A stretch of DNA of 64,000 bases from contig NZ_JAQIIV010000013.1 of NCBI RefSeq assembly GCF_036946585.1, forward strand, positions 27,492 through 91,491, in the 5' to 3' direction. Of the stretch, positions 42,315-51,630 are shown in pieces; position 1 is the stretch's first letter, and each line of letters starts with the position of its first letter. The position numbers were made by a program, and so were the translations under genes. The notes below the pieces were generated by a model, which had not been told where the DNA came from, did not search any database, and saw only the letters and a program-made list of their open reading frames with translations. Source of the DNA: Pedobacter terrae (lineage in GTDB: Bacteria; Bacteroidota; Bacteroidia; Sphingobacteriales; Sphingobacteriaceae).

Positions 42315-44687
42315 TGAGGGGAACTCCCCGCCTGATTTAGGAGGGGCGGGGGTGGTAAAAGGATTAATTTTCTATTCCAGTTCTTTCCCTTGAAGAAACA
42401 ATTTATCAGTAATGGGGTAATTTTTTTGCACTCGCTATAATACGGTTATTGTTCCGCCAATAAATCCGTCATTCCCGCGCATGCGGGAACCTTAATGCAA
42501 ACGCTATTTTCTTTTCCCGGGCTCAGTCTTGCCTCGGTTAGCCACCGAAGGGCTTTTACTTTTTCCTTGATGAAAAAGTAACAAACCTGAGCGAAGCGAA
42601 AGCATGCCTACCATTGAAAACAACAACAAACAAGGCATAACTGAAAGGCTTGCATCGTTCCTTGTAAAAAGCTACGGAAATCTTTATTGCGGCAGCATCG
42701 AGGCTCTTACCTTTGCTTGTCCCATCGCAATCGCTTTGATCCTGCCTTGGGCTGTGGGGGTATGAAGGGGACTGCAAAGATTTCCTTGCTTTTTCCGGCG
42801 GAAATCTGCCAGGCCGGTAGCAGGGTGCAGATAGCATGGTGCTTATAGCGGGATGTTCAGAGGTAGTTTCTAATATGGCGTTGTTCTACCACCAAATCCG
42901 TCATTGCGAGAAGGCTTTTTCAGCCGACGAAGCAATCTTTAAACCCAAGGCTTGCAGCGTTTTTTATGTGATCATGTTGTTTTTATCGGTATAAAAGATT
43001 GCTGCGCAATTCCTTGTAAAAAGCTACGGAAATCTTTATTGCGGCAGCATCGAGGCTCTTACCTTTGCTTGTCCCATCGCAATCGCTTTGATCCTGCCTT
43101 GGGCTGTGGGGTTATGAGGGTAAGTGCAAAGATTTCCGTGCTTTTTCCGGCGGAAATCTGCCAGGCCGGTAGCAGGGTGCAGATAGCATGGTGCTTATAG
43201 CGGGATGTTCAGAGGTAGTTTCTAATATGGCGTTGTTCTACCACCAAATCCGTCATTGCGAGAAGGCTTTTTCAGCCGACGAAGCAATCTTTAAACCCAA
43301 GGCTTGCAGCGTTTTTTATGTGATCATGTTGTTTTTATCGGTATAAAAGATTGCTGAGAAATTCCTTGTAAAAAGCTACGGAAATCTTTATTGCGGCAGC
43401 ATCGAGGATCTTACCTTTGCTTGTCCCATCGCAATCGCTTTGATCCTGCCTTGGGCTATGGGGTAATGAGGGGGAGTGCAAAGATTTCCGTGCTTTTTCC
43501 GGCGGAAATCTGCGAGGCCGGTAGCATGGTGCAGATAGCGTGGAGCTTATAGCGGGATGTTCAGAGATAGTTTCTAATATGGCGTGGTTCTACCACCAAA
43601 TCCGTCATTGCGAGAAGGCTTTTTCAGCCGACGAAGCAATCTTTATAGCGAGGATCATTAGCGTGAAAGATTGCCAGCCTGTTGCCGGCAGGCTTCGTCG
43701 TTCCTCCTCGCAATGACGACTTTTTTTAGATAGTATGTAAATGGCAGCGAAGGATCTTTTAATTTCTGTTATTTCAAAAAAAATCCGTCTCAACCGCAGT
43801 GCCCGCCTGTGCGGACAGGCCCGCCCGTACAGGCGGGGAGAGATCTTTTAATTAGTTTATTAGCTGCAATTTTCTCCCTCAGCTTGGGCTTGCCTCGGCT
43901 ACCGATTAAAAATCGGTACAGGTCAACCGCCACCGAAGGGCTTTTACTTTTTCCTTGATGAAAAAGTAACAAAAAATCAAGGCTTGCATCATTCCTTGTA
44001 AAAAGCTACGGAAATCTTAATTGCGGCAGCATCGAGGCTCTTACCTTTGCTTGTCCCGACGCGCTCGCTTTGATCCTGCCTTGGGCTGTGGGGGTATGAA
44101 GGGGAGTGCAAAGATTTCCGTGCTTTTTCCGGCGGAAATCTGCGAGGCCGGATAGCAGGGTGCAGATAGCGTGGAGCATATAAGAGGCTAAGGCGATCGC
44201 TATAAGACGGTCGTCATCCGATGGCTATCGGATCCCGCGCATGCGGGAACCTTAATGCAAACGCTATTTTCTTTTCCCGGGCTCAGTCTTGCCTCGGTTA
44301 GCCACCGAAGGGCTTTTACTTTTTCCTTGATGAAAAAGTAACAAACCTGAGCGAAGCGAAAGCATGCCTACCATTGAAAACAACAACAAACAAAGCATAA
44401 CTGAAAGGCTTGCATCGTTCCTTGTAAAAAGCTACGGAAATCTTAATTGCGGCAGCATCGAGGCTCTTACCTTCGCTTGTCCCATCGCAATCGCTTTGAT
44501 CCTGCCTTGGGCTGTGGGGGGTATGAGGGGTAGTGCAAAGATTTCCGTGCTTTTTCCGGCGGAAATCTGCGAGGCCGGATAGCAGGGTGCAGATAGCATG
44601 GAGCATATTGCAGGCTAAGGCGATCGCTATAAGACGGTCGTCATCCGATGGCTATCGGATCCCGCGCAGGTGGGAACCTTAATGCGT
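42315..44687 (+). repeat. Left mosaic repeat array: 5 copies of a long structured element plus CGTC-type REPs
   Basis: Copies at ~42495-42840, 42946-43192, 43298-43545, 43880-44178, 44245-44605, sharing AAAAAGCTACGGAAATCTT...AAAGATTTCCGTGCTTTTTCCGGCGGAAATCTGC..AGGCCGG.AGCAGGGTGCAGATAGC; REPs CGTCATTCCCGCGCATGCGGGAA and CGTCATTGCGAG...GCAATC in between. Confidence 0.93.
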
Positions 44688-45065
44688 AGCTCAGACGTTG
44701 CGGTCGATAGTTCAGACGTTGCAGTCAGTAGTTCAGACGTTGCGGTTGACAGTTCAGACGTTGCGGTTGACAGTTCAGAGGTTGCGGTCGATAGTTCAGA
44801 CGTTGCGGTCGGTAGTTCAGAGGTTGCGGTCGGTAGTTCAGAGGTTGCGGTCGATAGTTCAGACGTTACGGTCGATAGTTCAGACGTTGCGGTCGTTAGT
44901 TCAGACGTTGCAGTCGATAGTTCAGACGTTGCGGTCGAAAGTTCAGATGTTGCGGTCGACAGTTCAGGCGTTGCAGTCGGTAGTTCAGACGTTGCGGTCG
45001 ATAGTTCAGACGTCGCGGTCGATAGTTCAGACGTTTCGGTCGACAGTTCAGACGTTGCAGATGGT
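44688..45065. repeat. 21-bp tandem repeat x18, plus 1-2 degenerate units to ~45100
   Basis: Consensus AGTTCAGACGTTGCGGTCGAT counted unit by unit; no spacers. Confidence 0.95.
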
Positions 45066-45219
45066 AGTTTAGCGGTATTAGGAGATAGTTGAGGAGATGC
45101 AATGGGCCATTTTAGCGCTAAGCACTGCCTGAGAGAGAAATAGCCACCCGTTTGGCGCTTGTTAAATGGAAATAGGGAAATAAATTAGGGATGATTTTTT
45201 TTAGGGTATTATTGGTTGG

Positions 45220-45963
45220 TTATTCCAGCGATCGTACCGGAATACCCGAAATCTGTTTGTATTGGGGACTGGTTGAGCCGAAAACAGATTTTACGTAGTT
45301 TTTCACATCCTGTGCCAGGGCAACAATACCGGTTTCTGCATCGTACAGCGCGTTATTGCGGTTAATGCGGAGGGTGCTCAACTGCGAGGTATTGGCCACT
45401 ACATCACGGTTTTTCTGCAATAAGTCGTTATATAAAGTGGTGAGGCTTACCAGCTGCAAATCTACCTCGTTAGGGGCGTACTGCGGTATGGTGGCTAAGA
45501 GTTTAATCTGCTTATCCAACGTATCGAGCAGGTTATCGTAACTCTGTTGCGAAGCAGAAATCTGGTTAACCACCTTGCCGCTGGCGGCCAGGTTATTCTT
45601 TTCTTCGGCGGTGAGTTTGGCGGTTGCCCTTTGCCCCTGTATTTTGCGGTGGTGGCTAACGGCATTATCTAATACCTGTTGGGCTACACTGTTTGCCTTA
45701 ACTGCGCTGAGCACACGGGTACTTAGCTTTTTTAAGGGGGCAAAAGCCAGATCGCGTAGGGCTATGGCATTGCTGTTTTTAGCGGCAGCATCGTGCACCT
45801 GCTCGTTAATGGTTTTGGCTGCGGCGGCTTTCTCGGTTAAACTGCTCAACTGGATGTTGGCATTACTGGGGTTGTACACGGCGCCATAACCGGTTACATA
45901 ACTCAAAAGGGTTTCGAAATTGGCTACGTTTTTGGCGTGGCCTGTCTCATTTGTTTTAGACAT
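45220..45963 (-). CDS. Helical hypothetical protein (247 aa) upstream of the 21-bp array
   Basis: Clean ORF with AT-rich leader (ETGHAKNVANFE...YNPSN...SQQSYD...YVKSVFG.TSPQYKQI); no catalytic motif recognised. Confidence 0.85.
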   Translation of the reverse strand: MSKTNETGHAKNVANFETLLSYVTGYGAVYNPSNANIQLSSLTEKAAAAKTINEQVHDAAAKNSNAIALRDLAFAPLKKLSTRVLSAVKANSVAQQVLDNAVSHHRKIQGQRATAKLTAEEKNNLAASGKVVNQISASQQSYDNLLDTLDKQIKLLATIPQYAPNEVDLQLVSLTTLYNDLLQKNRDVVANTSQLSTLRINRNNALYDAETGIVALAQDVKNYVKSVFGSTSPQYKQISGIPVRSLE

Positions 45964-46196
45964 AACATGTAGTTTTAAAAAGTAAATAAATTAGATTAAT
46001 TGGCATTAAGTTAATATTATTTTCTTTACAACTAAAAGGAGTGAAGAAATTTTTTTGATAAGGGCTATTGATAATTATATGGAAGCACAATGGGCCTAAA
46101 ATTTTTATATCAAATAATTTACCAGGCTTTTACAGCTAAGTTTGATTAAATATGTTGGTTACATTAAAATTTTCTATTTTCGGAAAACACTTTACT

Positions 46197-48590
46197 ATGT
46201 CTAAAAAGCTGCTCTCGGAACGTGATATTTGCACTAAGTTTATTTCTCCTGCCATTGAAGATGCAGGTTGGAATAAACTAACTCAATACCTTGAAGAGGT
46301 TTCTTTCACTGATGGAAAGATTTATGTTAAAGGTAGACTAACAACTCGTGGAGCTAAAAAGAGAGCAGACTATATTTTATTCTATAAGCCAAATATTCCC
46401 ATTGCAATTATTGAAGCCAAGGATAACAAACATTCTATTGGTTCTGGAATGCAACAGGCACTTAATTATGCGCAGATTTTAGATATTCCTTTTGTATTCA
46501 GTTCAAATGGTGATGGCTTTCTTTTTCACGATAAAACAAATTTAACTAAAATTGAGCAACAGCTAAACCTTGATGAATTTCCATCACCCCAGATGCTTTG
46601 GGAGAAGTATAAAGATTACAAAGGAATAGTAACCGAGCAGGCTGAAAAGATTATTGAGCAGGATTACTTTTTTGATGGTTCAGGGCGGAGGCCTAGATAT
46701 TACCAACAGAATGCTGTTAACAGAACTTTAGAAGCTATTGCATCGGGCCAAAATCGTATTCTTCTGGTAATGGCTACCGGTACTGGGAAAACCTATACTG
46801 CATTTCAAATTGCCTATCGTTTATGGAAATCGAAGACTAAAAAAAGAATATTGTTTCTCGCCGACCGCAATTCATTAGTTGACCAAACAAAAAGAGGCGA
46901 CTTTAAATACTTTAAGGATAAAATGACTGTTATCCAAAAAAGACAGATTGATAAGAGCTATGAAATCTATCTAGCTATTTATCAAGGTTTGACAGGTTCG
47001 GAAGAAGAAAAAAATATATTTAAACAATTTACACCAGGCTTTTTTGATTTAATTATCATAGATGAGTGCCATCGTGGAAGTGCAAGAGAAGATAGTGCCT
47101 GGAGAGAGGTTTTAAGTTACTTTAAAGGTGCTACACAAATTGGTTTAACTGCAACGCCAAAAGAAAGCGAGACAGCAAGCAATAGTGAATATTTTGGTGA
47201 TCCAATTTATACTTACAGTTTAAAACAAGGCATTGATGATGGATTCCTCGCTCCATATAGAGTAGTAAGGATTGGATTGAATGTAGATTTGGAAGGATAC
47301 CGACCTGATTTAGGAAAAAAAGATATTGACGGTAATGAGGTAGAAGATAAGATTTACAACCGTAAAGACTTTGACCGAACAATGGTTATAGAAGAGCGCA
47401 CGGAAGTTGTGGCCTCGAAAATCACTGAATTTTTAAAAGGTTACGATCGGTTTGCAAAAACGATCGTATTCTGTCGAGATATAGATCATGCGGAACGGAT
47501 GCGTTCTGCTCTTGCCAATCAGAATAGTGATTTGATTGCCAAAAACCATAAATACATTATGCGCATTACTGGCGATAATGATGAAGGTAAAAGGGAACTA
47601 GATAATTTTATTGAACCTGAATCTGTTTACCCGGTAATTGCAACAACATCTGAATTGATGACAACTGGTGTAGATGCTAAAACTTGTAAGGTTATTGTTT
47701 TAGATGCAGAGATTGGCTCCATGACTAAGTTTAAACAAATTATAGGTCGAGGTACCAGAATAGATGAAGAACATGGTAAGCTCTATTTTACCATTATTGA
47801 TTTTAGAAACGCGACAGATAAATTTGCGGATAAAGATTTTGATGGAGACCCTATTCGCGTTAAACCTTTACCGCAAGATGCTGACCTAGGCAATATTATT
47901 AATGAAGAACAGAAAGAAGATACACCAATAATTGATGAATTAAGCGGTGAGAATTTAGATGATAAGCTTGTCCCAAAGGAATCACCAACTGTAAGAGAGC
48001 CTGCTTCTAGCTACCAAAAAGTAAAAAGAGAAAAAATTGTTGTTAATGGTGTTGATGTTTCCATTCTAGTAACCCGTGAGTTGTACTTTAATAAAGACGG
48101 AAAACTGATTACGGTTAATCTGCAAGACTATTCAAAGGAAATGTTGCAAAATAAGTTCCATAGCCTTGAAGAATTTTTAACGGTTTGGAATGCTGCTGAT
48201 AAAAAAGAAATCTTAATAAATGAACTTGCAGAACAGGGTGTGCCAGTTGAAGCCCTATTGGAAGCCGTTGATCGAAATTGTGATTTATTTGATATCATCT
48301 GCCACGTAGCTTTTGATCAACAACCTCTTACACGCAAGGAAAGAGCTAATAATGTTAAAAAGCGTAATTACTTTACTAAATATGGCGAACAGGCAAAAAA
48401 TGTGCTGAACGCATTATTAGATAAGTATGCCGATGAAGGAATCGCGAATATTGAAAGTTTGGAGGTACTTAAAGTTAATCCAGTAGCTTCCTATGGCTCA
48501 GCACTAGAAATTATAGAAAGCTTTGGAGGCAAACCTAATTACCTGAAAGCTATTAAAGAATTAGAAAATCAATTATATCAAATAGCATAA
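46197..48590 (+). CDS. hsdR: Type I restriction enzyme R subunit (EcoAI/EcoEI-like)
   Basis: AIIEAK nuclease, MATGTGKT, DECHRG, TATP, QIIGRGTR; likely ATG at 46197 (track 46152). Confidence 0.95.
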   Translation: MSKKLLSERDICTKFISPAIEDAGWNKLTQYLEEVSFTDGKIYVKGRLTTRGAKKRADYILFYKPNIPIAIIEAKDNKHSIGSGMQQALNYAQILDIPFVFSSNGDGFLFHDKTNLTKIEQQLNLDEFPSPQMLWEKYKDYKGIVTEQAEKIIEQDYFFDGSGRRPRYYQQNAVNRTLEAIASGQNRILLVMATGTGKTYTAFQIAYRLWKSKTKKRILFLADRNSLVDQTKRGDFKYFKDKMTVIQKRQIDKSYEIYLAIYQGLTGSEEEKNIFKQFTPGFFDLIIIDECHRGSAREDSAWREVLSYFKGATQIGLTATPKESETASNSEYFGDPIYTYSLKQGIDDGFLAPYRVVRIGLNVDLEGYRPDLGKKDIDGNEVEDKIYNRKDFDRTMVIEERTEVVASKITEFLKGYDRFAKTIVFCRDIDHAERMRSALANQNSDLIAKNHKYIMRITGDNDEGKRELDNFIEPESVYPVIATTSELMTTGVDAKTCKVIVLDAEIGSMTKFKQIIGRGTRIDEEHGKLYFTIIDFRNATDKFADKDFDGDPIRVKPLPQDADLGNIINEEQKEDTPIIDELSGENLDDKLVPKESPTVREPASSYQKVKREKIVVNGVDVSILVTRELYFNKDGKLITVNLQDYSKEMLQNKFHSLEEFLTVWNAADKKEILINELAEQGVPVEALLEAVDRNCDLFDIICHVAFDQQPLTRKERANNVKKRNYFTKYGEQAKNVLNALLDKYADEGIANIESLEVLKVNPVASYGSALEIIESFGGKPNYLKAIKELENQLYQIA

Positions 48591-48591
48591 A

Positions 48592-50202
48592 ATGTCATCG
48601 ATCTATTTAAACAATCTCAATCCGGCTGAAAGAACAGCTTTAATCGAAAAACTTTGGCATATCCAAAATGGTAAATGTTTCATAACAAACGAACAGATAG
48701 ATTTGCAACTACATATCTCAGATTTGGATATCGATCATGTAATACCTTCAAAATTGGATGGGAAGGATGATCCTTCAAATTTCGCGCTAACCTTTTCGAG
48801 TGCTAACCGATCAAAGCAGGCTGCAGATTTGAATTTAGCACGTATACTTCACGCATTTAGTAAAATACAAGAAAATCTCAAAAAGAAAGAAGACCGTAGT
48901 CCAAATCTAGATGATATTTTAAAGCTTCAAGGAGGAGCGACCGATAAAATAAGGTTTAAGTTATCTGACGATAAAGTAAGTTACTCATTTTCCTCACTTG
49001 GGAGGCCTGAAATAATTACACAAGATGTTTATATTGATAAGTTAAGTGGTTTAAAATATTTCTTTGCAGTTTTTCCTATTCAATATTTGCATCATGACAA
49101 TGTTATTAACCCTAGAGCAATTGGCTCAAACATTAGTAAACTGGTAGATGAATTTTATTCAGGCAATCCACAACTACATATTTCATTAGGATGGGTTGAT
49201 ATTAAAAGTGAAGAAGAATCGGAGATTAAAATATTTGATGGACAACATAAAGCTGCTGCGCAAATATTGTTAAATACTCTAAATATACCGGTAAGGGTTT
49301 TTATAAATCCAGATAGAGATAAATTAATACTTACAAATTTTAGGGCGGGTACTACCTTAAGGCAAGTTGCTTTTGATAAATCTGTTCAACGACATTTGGG
49401 TAACACGCTGTATTGGGATCGTGTAACTCGTTATCAAGAAGAATTAAAATTGGAAAAGGATAATTTCAACTTTTCTGAAAGGCAGTTGGTGGGTTACTTT
49501 AAAGGTGAATCGAGAGAATTAAAACGTTATATCTTGGATTCCGTTAGAGATGCAATAACAAGACATCCAGAAAATAAGCTTATTGAGTTTGTGGATATGG
49601 GGGGGCGAGCAAAAGAAAAACCACTTTCTTATAGTACAATTGAGAAAACATTTTATCCATTTTTTATTTATCAAGATTTATTAGATACGCCTATATCTTA
49701 CAGGCTTGATGAAGGAAAAAATCCCAGAAGCTTAGAAACTGAACAAATTGTCCGCCTAATGAGTATAATTGCAGAAGAATTATTTATTGGTAAATTTGAC
49801 CTCGAATTAGGAACTTTTAAAATAGAAAATCGAATTCAAAATGGGGAGAATTTACCTGCAGATCATGTCAGGGCATATAGAATGGTCAAGGAAGAGATTC
49901 TGCACAATTGGTTAAGGTTTATAGGGCAAATTATTCAAAATCACTTTATCTCTTTAGGTATTCCAATAGACGATAAAAAGTTGTTTCAAAATGAATTCAG
50001 CGATGTTCTATGGAAGATAATTACCAATTCAATAATTAATTTAAGTAATCTGCCCTTATGGAAAAATAATTCTCTTGCAGTTTCCGTTTTTGGTGGAAAA
50101 CAAAACTATCATTACTGGCACAGCATATTTACAACAGGTAATTCACCACAAGGTGTAAAGGTATTGCCTGAACCGATAAATTTAATGAAACTACAACAAT
50201 AA
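48592..50202 (+). CDS. HNH + ParB-like (DGQH) domain protein inserted in the hsd operon
   Basis: DIDHVIP...SNFALTFSSANRSK (HNH); INPRAI...IKIFDGQHKAAA (ParB/DGQHR-like). Confidence 0.75.
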   Translation: MSSIYLNNLNPAERTALIEKLWHIQNGKCFITNEQIDLQLHISDLDIDHVIPSKLDGKDDPSNFALTFSSANRSKQAADLNLARILHAFSKIQENLKKKEDRSPNLDDILKLQGGATDKIRFKLSDDKVSYSFSSLGRPEIITQDVYIDKLSGLKYFFAVFPIQYLHHDNVINPRAIGSNISKLVDEFYSGNPQLHISLGWVDIKSEEESEIKIFDGQHKAAAQILLNTLNIPVRVFINPDRDKLILTNFRAGTTLRQVAFDKSVQRHLGNTLYWDRVTRYQEELKLEKDNFNFSERQLVGYFKGESRELKRYILDSVRDAITRHPENKLIEFVDMGGRAKEKPLSYSTIEKTFYPFFIYQDLLDTPISYRLDEGKNPRSLETEQIVRLMSIIAEELFIGKFDLELGTFKIENRIQNGENLPADHVRAYRMVKEEILHNWLRFIGQIIQNHFISLGIPIDDKKLFQNEFSDVLWKIITNSIINLSNLPLWKNNSLAVSVFGGKQNYHYWHSIFTTGNSPQGVKVLPEPINLMKLQQ

Positions 50203-50205
50203 TAA

Positions 50206-51630
50206 ATGAGTAATATTTCAGGGGTAATAAGCAGCATCCGCCAGATTATGTGGCAAGATAACGGGCTGAATGGAGATGCACAAAGGGTTGAGCAGCTGGG
50301 CTGGATGCTTTTTCTTAAGATATTTTGTGATAAGGATAAGGAGTTACAATTATTAAATGATGATTATGTTTCACCAATTCCAGAATTATACCATTGGGAT
50401 AATTGGGCAGCAGACGACGAGGGTATTACTGGCGATGAGCTGCAGGAATTTGTAGATCGTAAATTGTTTACTGCTTTACGTAATATTGATATAAGTACAG
50501 GGAATAAGAGAGCTATATTAGTGCGCGAGGTTTTTGATGGCAACAACAATTACATGAAAAGCGGGACCAACATCCGTAAGGTGTTAAATAAGCTTAATGA
50601 AATAGATTTTAATAAAGCGAAGGATCGCCATGCATTTGGAGATATTTATGAAAGCATACTAAAAGAGTTACAAAGTGCCGGAAAAAGTGGTGAGTTTTAT
50701 ACGCCAAGAGCCATTACCCAATTTATTACCGATATAATTAATCCACAGTTAGGTGAAAAGATTCTTGACCCGGCATGTGGCACAGCGGGCTATCTAACAT
50801 GTGCCATTGAGCATTTGAATAAGCAGGCAAATAGTGTCGATGATCGTAATAAAATACAACAGAATATTATTGGCTGGGAATACAAACCTTTACCTTATTT
50901 GTTGGCTACTACAAATTTAATACTACACGATATTGAAGTACCAAACATAACTTATCGTGATAGTTTAGATCAACCGTTAAGCGAATACAAAGAAAGAGAT
51001 CGTGTAAATGTTATTTTGGCGAATCCACCTTTTGGCGGCATTGTAGCAAACAATAATGAAAATAATTTCCCTCAAAATTATCGTACAAAAGAAAGTGCCG
51101 ATTTATTTTTAATTTTAATGATACACCTGCTTAAGCATGATGGAAGAGCAGGCATTGTTTTGCCTGATGGTTCGTTAACCGGTGACGGTGTAAAGCAGCG
51201 TGTACGCCAAAAACTATTAGAAGAATGTAATCTCCATACCATTATTCGTCTGCCCAACTCTGTTTTCCAACCTTATGCTACGGTAGCTACCAATTTATTA
51301 TTTTTTGATAAAGGCACGCCAACTAAAGAGGTTTGGTATTATGAGCACCGTTTGCCCGAAGGACAAAAATCGTATAGCAAAACCAAAACCATACAAGCTA
51401 AAGAGTTCGATCCTATAAAAGCATGGTGGGATAATCGGCAAGAAAGTGAAACTGCTTGGAAAGTAGATATTCAAACTGTAATTGATCGTAATTACGATTT
51501 AGATATAAAGAACCCGACCAAAGCTAAGGAAACTCATAATTACAATAGTATGGAATTGATGGATATGTTGCAGCAGTCTTTTGAAAAAAGTAATGCTTTA
51601 CTTGCGAGTTTAAAGGAGGCTATAAATTAA
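50206..51630 (+). CDS. hsdM: Type I R-M methyltransferase (N6-adenine)
   Basis: GEFYTPRAIT, ILDPACGTAGYL, ANPPFGG, IIRLPNSVFQPY. Confidence 0.96.
   Translation: MSNISGVISSIRQIMWQDNGLNGDAQRVEQLGWMLFLKIFCDKDKELQLLNDDYVSPIPELYHWDNWAADDEGITGDELQEFVDRKLFTALRNIDISTGNKRAILVREVFDGNNNYMKSGTNIRKVLNKLNEIDFNKAKDRHAFGDIYESILKELQSAGKSGEFYTPRAITQFITDIINPQLGEKILDPACGTAGYLTCAIEHLNKQANSVDDRNKIQQNIIGWEYKPLPYLLATTNLILHDIEVPNITYRDSLDQPLSEYKERDRVNVILANPPFGGIVANNNENNFPQNYRTKESADLFLILMIHLLKHDGRAGIVLPDGSLTGDGVKQRVRQKLLEECNLHTIIRLPNSVFQPYATVATNLLFFDKGTPTKEVWYYEHRLPEGQKSYSKTKTIQAKEFDPIKAWWDNRQESETAWKVDIQTVIDRNYDLDIKNPTKAKETHNYNSMELMDMLQQSFEKSNALLASLKEAIN

Noticed and set aside
42556-44606. ORFs in the left array (42556-42837, 42952-43200, 43605-43793, 43790-43972, 44316-44606, 44364-44582)
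   Set aside because: They lie wholly in repeats; paralogous copies differ by frame-breaking indels and no domain is recognisable.
44688-45065. 21-bp array as a CRISPR array
   Set aside because: No unique spacers; head-to-tail units; no cas1 or effector genes in the window.
44698-45102. (LRSIVQT)n plus-strand and (LNYRPQR)n minus-strand ORFs over the array
   Set aside because: Most unit variation is non-synonymous in these frames, and the minus-strand one is broken by a stop at 44896.
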